This document shows, one piece after another, positions 60,420 through 64,000 of a stretch of 64,000 nucleotides of DNA. The notes under the pieces are model-generated. The model did not search any database and was not told the origin of the DNA. It saw nothing but the letters and a program-made list of their open reading frames with translations. The stretch is taken from contig CAVWUU010000003.1 in assembly GCA_963758295.1 (NCBI GenBank), positions 128,001 through 192,000 of the forward strand, read 5' to 3'. The translations under genes and the position numbers were made by a program. Source of the stretch: Candidatus Eremiobacteria bacterium (GTDB taxonomy: Bacteria; Vulcanimicrobiota; Vulcanimicrobiia; Vulcanimicrobiales; Vulcanimicrobiaceae). How positions within the stretch are numbered: the first letter of the stretch is position 1; the number at the start of each line of letters is the position of its first letter.

Positions 60420-60716
60420 GTGGAAGACAAGATGATCACCTGTAAGGACTGCGGCAATGAGTTCGTGTTTACAGCACGCGAGCAGCAGTTTTTTGCCGAA
60501 AAGGGATTTCAGAATCAGCCGCAGCGCTGCCGCGAATGCCGCCAAGCCCGGCGCGCGACGAGCGGCGACGGCATCGGTTCGAGCGCCCAGCGCCCGAGCT
60601 TTGAAACCGTGTGCGCCGCATGCGGCGTGAATACCACCGTACCGTTCCGTCCTCGCGGCGATCGCCCGGTGTACTGCCGCACGTGCTACACCGCGCAGGT
60701 CCCGGCGGGCGTTTAA
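60420..60716 (+). CDS. Zinc-ribbon / CxxC-x17-CxxC domain protein
   Basis: CKDCG.EFVFTAREQQFFAEKGF..QPQRCREC and CAAC...VPFRP...PVYCRTC. SD GGAGG upstream. Confidence 0.9.
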   Translation: MEDKMITCKDCGNEFVFTAREQQFFAEKGFQNQPQRCRECRQARRATSGDGIGSSAQRPSFETVCAACGVNTTVPFRPRGDRPVYCRTCYTAQVPAGV

Positions 60717-60774
60717 CGACTTTCGCGTAAGCTCGAATGACCCGCTCGCGCCGGTCCCGAATGGGCTCGGCGCG

Positions 60775-61800
60775 ATGTCTTTCTCCCCTGTTCCGCAGCC
60801 TCTCGATGCCGTTCTCTGGGACGGCGGCGTGTTGACCTATGTCGATCAGCGTCTCCTTCCGCACGAAGTGCGACGCGTTCGCGCAACGTCCGTTGACGAA
60901 ATAGAAGCGGCAATTAAGACGCTGGCGGTTCGCGGAGCGCCGGCGATTGGCGTTTTCGGCGCCTACGGCGTTGCGTTGTTACGCAGCGGCATCAAAGACA
61001 ACGCCGAGTTCGCCGCCGCCGCGCAACGCGTGCGCAACGCACGGCCGACGGCGGTGAACCTCGCGTGGGCCGTCGACCGCGTTATGGCTGCGCCCGACAT
61101 GGTTGCCGAAGCGCAAGCGATCCATCGCGAGCAAATCGCGATCGATGCGGCAATCGCCGACGCCGGACTCGATCTCATCGCGAGAAACGCACAGATCATC
61201 ACGCATTGCAACACCGGCCCGATTGCGACCGCCGGCGGCGGCACGGCACTCGGCGTGATCATCCACGCGCACCGCGCCGGAAAGCATCCGCACGTTTTTG
61301 TCGATGAAACCCGCCCGTTGCTGCAAGGCGGGCGGCTAACCTACTTCGAGCTGGCGCACGCCGGCGTCGCCGCCACACTGCAAGTCGACGGCGCGGCCGC
61401 AATTGCGATGCAACGAAAAAGTATCGATCTCGTCATCGTAGGAGCCGACCGCATCGCGAGAAACGGTGATACCGCCAATAAGATCGGCACGTACGGTCTC
61501 GCGGTGTTGGCCGCGCATCACGGCATTCCGTTCTACGTTGCGGCACCGCGTTCGACGTTCGACTTTTCGATGCAAAGCGGTGAAGAAATCCACATCGAGG
61601 AGCGCGCCGCCGAAGAAGTAACTTCGTTCGGCGGGTCGTCTGTCGCCGTGGCCGATGCAAACGTTTATAATCCCGCGTTCGACGTGACGCCGGGACATCT
61701 CGTGACGGCGTTTATCACCGAGTACGGCGTCATTCGTCCGCCGTATCCGGAGATGATTCCGGCGCTGGAACATCGTCCGAATTTCGGCGTGCTCGCCTAG
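60775..61800 (+). CDS. mtnA: S-methyl-5-thioribose-1-phosphate isomerase
   Basis: VRGAPAIG, RPTAVNL, THCNTG, DETRP, GADRI..NGDTANKIGT and NPAFDVTP. Confidence 0.95.
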   Translation: MSFSPVPQPLDAVLWDGGVLTYVDQRLLPHEVRRVRATSVDEIEAAIKTLAVRGAPAIGVFGAYGVALLRSGIKDNAEFAAAAQRVRNARPTAVNLAWAVDRVMAAPDMVAEAQAIHREQIAIDAAIADAGLDLIARNAQIITHCNTGPIATAGGGTALGVIIHAHRAGKHPHVFVDETRPLLQGGRLTYFELAHAGVAATLQVDGAAAIAMQRKSIDLVIVGADRIARNGDTANKIGTYGLAVLAAHHGIPFYVAAPRSTFDFSMQSGEEIHIEERAAEEVTSFGGSSVAVADANVYNPAFDVTPGHLVTAFITEYGVIRPPYPEMIPALEHRPNFGVLA

Positions 61801-61801
61801 C

Positions 61802-62788
61802 GTGAAGTTCTACGACTTCATCGATAAGCAGCCGAAGATCGGCGGCCTTGTGATCATCGAGGGAACGGAACGGGTGCTCGCGGAGCGCGCGCTCGAAGTT
61901 CTGCTCGACCGGCTTTTGCCGCCGGACATGCGCGATTTGAACCTCGAACGCGTTCCGGCTTCCGAATGGACCGACGCCGGCCGCGTGCGCGACGCCCTCA
62001 ATGCGATGCCGTTCCTCGCCGACCGCCGCGTAGTGGTCGTGACCGACGCGCAAACGCTGAAAGCCCAGCCGCGCCGCGATCTTTGGGATGCTGCCCAAAG
62101 TGTTCCCGACGGCAACACCCTGATCGTCAGCGATCTGTTGTCGCCGAAATCACAACGCCCGCAGGCGTTCGGTGCGCTCGCCGGAAGGGGCGCCACCCGC
62201 ATCGACACGACGGCAAATGAAGAAGCCCGCACGCGGTTTATCAAGGAATTCCTTGACGCGCTGGATGCAACGGCGGAGCCGCGCGTCATAAGCGAACTTT
62301 CGCGCAGTGAAGCCGACCTCGCGGCGGTACGGAACGACCTCGAAAAACTGGCGCTTGCGGGAAAAAAGATCACGTTCAAAGATCTCGAGGCGGAATCGCT
62401 CTCGATCGAAGATCCCAAGGCATACCGCTACGCGAGTGCGCTCGTGGAAGGCAAAGTAGCCGAAGCGATGGAGATTGCGCACGAGCTGTTCTCAAACGAC
62501 CCGCGCGGTGCCGCAATGCCGTTGCTCTCCGCGCTCGCGACGGAATGCGGCTTGCTGTGGGAAATGGCGCGGCCCGGCGGGGAGCTGCCGGCACGCGCAA
62601 GATGGCGGGAGCGGGTTCTCCGTCAGCTTGCCAGCCGTATAGGCGAGCGGCGGGCGAAAGTGGCGTTCGAGCGGGCCGTTCGCGGCATGGAATCGGTGGT
62701 CACCGGGCAGGCCGGCAACGACCCCGAAGACCACCGGACCTTGGTCGAAAGGATAACGGCCGAACTTTCGGCGCTTAGCCGCCGATAA
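61802..62788 (+). CDS. holA: DNA polymerase III delta subunit
   Basis: 328 aa with the delta-type pattern IEGTE...DLNL...MPFLADRRVVVV...NDLEKL. Confidence 0.75.
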   Translation: MKFYDFIDKQPKIGGLVIIEGTERVLAERALEVLLDRLLPPDMRDLNLERVPASEWTDAGRVRDALNAMPFLADRRVVVVTDAQTLKAQPRRDLWDAAQSVPDGNTLIVSDLLSPKSQRPQAFGALAGRGATRIDTTANEEARTRFIKEFLDALDATAEPRVISELSRSEADLAAVRNDLEKLALAGKKITFKDLEAESLSIEDPKAYRYASALVEGKVAEAMEIAHELFSNDPRGAAMPLLSALATECGLLWEMARPGGELPARARWRERVLRQLASRIGERRAKVAFERAVRGMESVVTGQAGNDPEDHRTLVERITAELSALSRR

Positions 62789-62817
62789 AAGAATAAACCC
62801 CTCGCCGGAGTGCCTAC

Positions 62818-64000
62818 ATGGATGTTGCGCCGCCGACGCCGTCGGATGCAAATGATGCCCTAGACCCGAGGCAGCTGCTTCAAGCTGACCTCGATTCGGC
62901 ACGCGCCGAGGCGGAAAGCATCGAACGCGCGATAGCGGGCGACGCCGAACGGATCGTTTCGATCCGAGACGCGCTCAATACGATGGTTGCCGCCGTCTGG
63001 CGTGACGTCTTTTCGCAACAACAGCGCGCCAAGGACGGGGAGAATCTCACCTCGGCTCTTCGCTTGGAGTGGCTCGGGGCGTACCAGTTCATTGCGTTCG
63101 GACTCTTAATCGTGGTCGCAGCCGCGGCGATCTATGCGCTTCAAGAAGCGGGCGTGCCGGTCGTTGCGGGAGTCTACGTCGTTCTGGCGTTCGCGTGTTA
63201 CATAGGCGCGAGAAGCCGTTGCATCGATCAGATAAAGAAGGCCCGTCACTCGTACTTGGGATCCGACGGCAAAGACGTGCGCTTTGTGGCGTTCACCCAC
63301 ATCGAAACGGGTTTGCAACATCCGCTTATCGGCTTTGACGGACCGCAGCCGGGCGGCGAGCTCGACGACCGCGCGTGGAAGATTCCCGGCGTGCGAGACG
63401 ACGAAGCGCTGAAAGAAACGTTCGTCGAAGTGATCGACGAGCGTCGAAGCAACGTGTTGCTCACGCGTTTCCCCGACAAAAAACCGACGCTCGTGCACGC
63501 CGATCTCGAGAACCCGTTCGTACGCGCCTTCGGCGTCTTTTTCCAGCGGGCACTGGAGCGCCATCTGCCCTCGGTAGCAAACGAAGCTGAAGAATTTCGT
63601 CAGGTCGTGCTGCGAATGGGCGAGCGCAAAAGGCTCGTCGAACGCGTCCAACGCATCGAAACCGAATTAAAAGAGTACGACGGGACGCATGCGATCTTGA
63701 GTTCGGCGCCCGTGCCGATGACGGTGCGTAATAAGCTGCTTCGCCAAGCGGTGCTTTTCCGGCTTAACGACGGCGCTATCGCGCGCGGCTTGCTCTTGCT
63801 CGGCGAAGACGATATGGCGTTGAAAGAAGCAGCGCAAATCCTTGCACGCGCCGCCGCGGCCGCGTTCGTTCCCTTTTCGTTTACTTCGATGAAGATCGGC
63901 TACGTCGGCCAGGGTGCATCGCAAGTTGCCCGCACGTTTGAATCGGCGCGCCGCAACCCTTCGATGATCTACGTTGAAGACGGCGACCGGCTTTTTAGCA
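62818..64000 (+). CDS. Membrane protein with degenerate AAA+ domain, 3'-truncated
   Basis: Frame is open from ATG 62818 to the window end, so it is absent from the ORF track. Two TM helices, then RGLLLLGEDDMALK...GYVGQGASQVARTFESARRNPSMIYVED. Confidence 0.7.
   Translation, partial: MDVAPPTPSDANDALDPRQLLQADLDSARAEAESIERAIAGDAERIVSIRDALNTMVAAVWRDVFSQQQRAKDGENLTSALRLEWLGAYQFIAFGLLIVVAAAAIYALQEAGVPVVAGVYVVLAFACYIGARSRCIDQIKKARHSYLGSDGKDVRFVAFTHIETGLQHPLIGFDGPQPGGELDDRAWKIPGVRDDEALKETFVEVIDERRSNVLLTRFPDKKPTLVHADLENPFVRAFGVFFQRALERHLPSVANEAEEFRQVVLRMGERKRLVERVQRIETELKEYDGTHAILSSAPVPMTVRNKLLRQAVLFRLNDGAIARGLLLLGEDDMALKEAAQILARAAAAAFVPFSFTSMKIGYVGQGASQVARTFESARRNPSMIYVEDGDRLFS

Overview
GC-rich bacterial chromosomal window made up mostly of housekeeping and stress genes. 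It contains ettA, a DEAD-box helicase, a fatty-acid desaturase, pxpBCA, mqo, tRNA-Gln and tRNA-Glu, pcrA, dapB-asd-aspartokinase-dapA, ribD/ribE/ribBA/ribH, mtnA and holA. An outer-membrane barrel gene points to a diderm. The overall style is reminiscent of Ca. Eremiobacterota, but that is inference only. Many genes, including essential ones, carry clustered frameshifts that look like long-read assembly errors. The most interesting feature is a five-gene, translationally coupled operon (21016-32218) of secreted DUF11-type Ig-like proteins plus an outer-membrane barrel. One DUF11 domain appears split between proteins. The putative shaft subunit has an N-terminal donor segment carrying Asn and a C-terminal incomplete acceptor domain carrying Lys and Asp. 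The putative base has only a donor, the putative tip has only an acceptor, and a small protein has an acceptor lacking both reactive residues. This logic predicts a donor-strand-complemented, probably isopeptide-crosslinked pilus. Other signals: RibBA fused to an XRE-type HTH with a palindrome over its own -35; five genes with an exact GGGTA-N10-ATG upstream motif (candidate leaderless stress-sigma regulon); an unidentified ~205-nt structured RNA downstream of ettA; a decayed HNH gene beside the tRNAs; and a membrane protein with a degenerate AAA domain at the window end. No CRISPR array, rRNA, transposase or integrase was seen.
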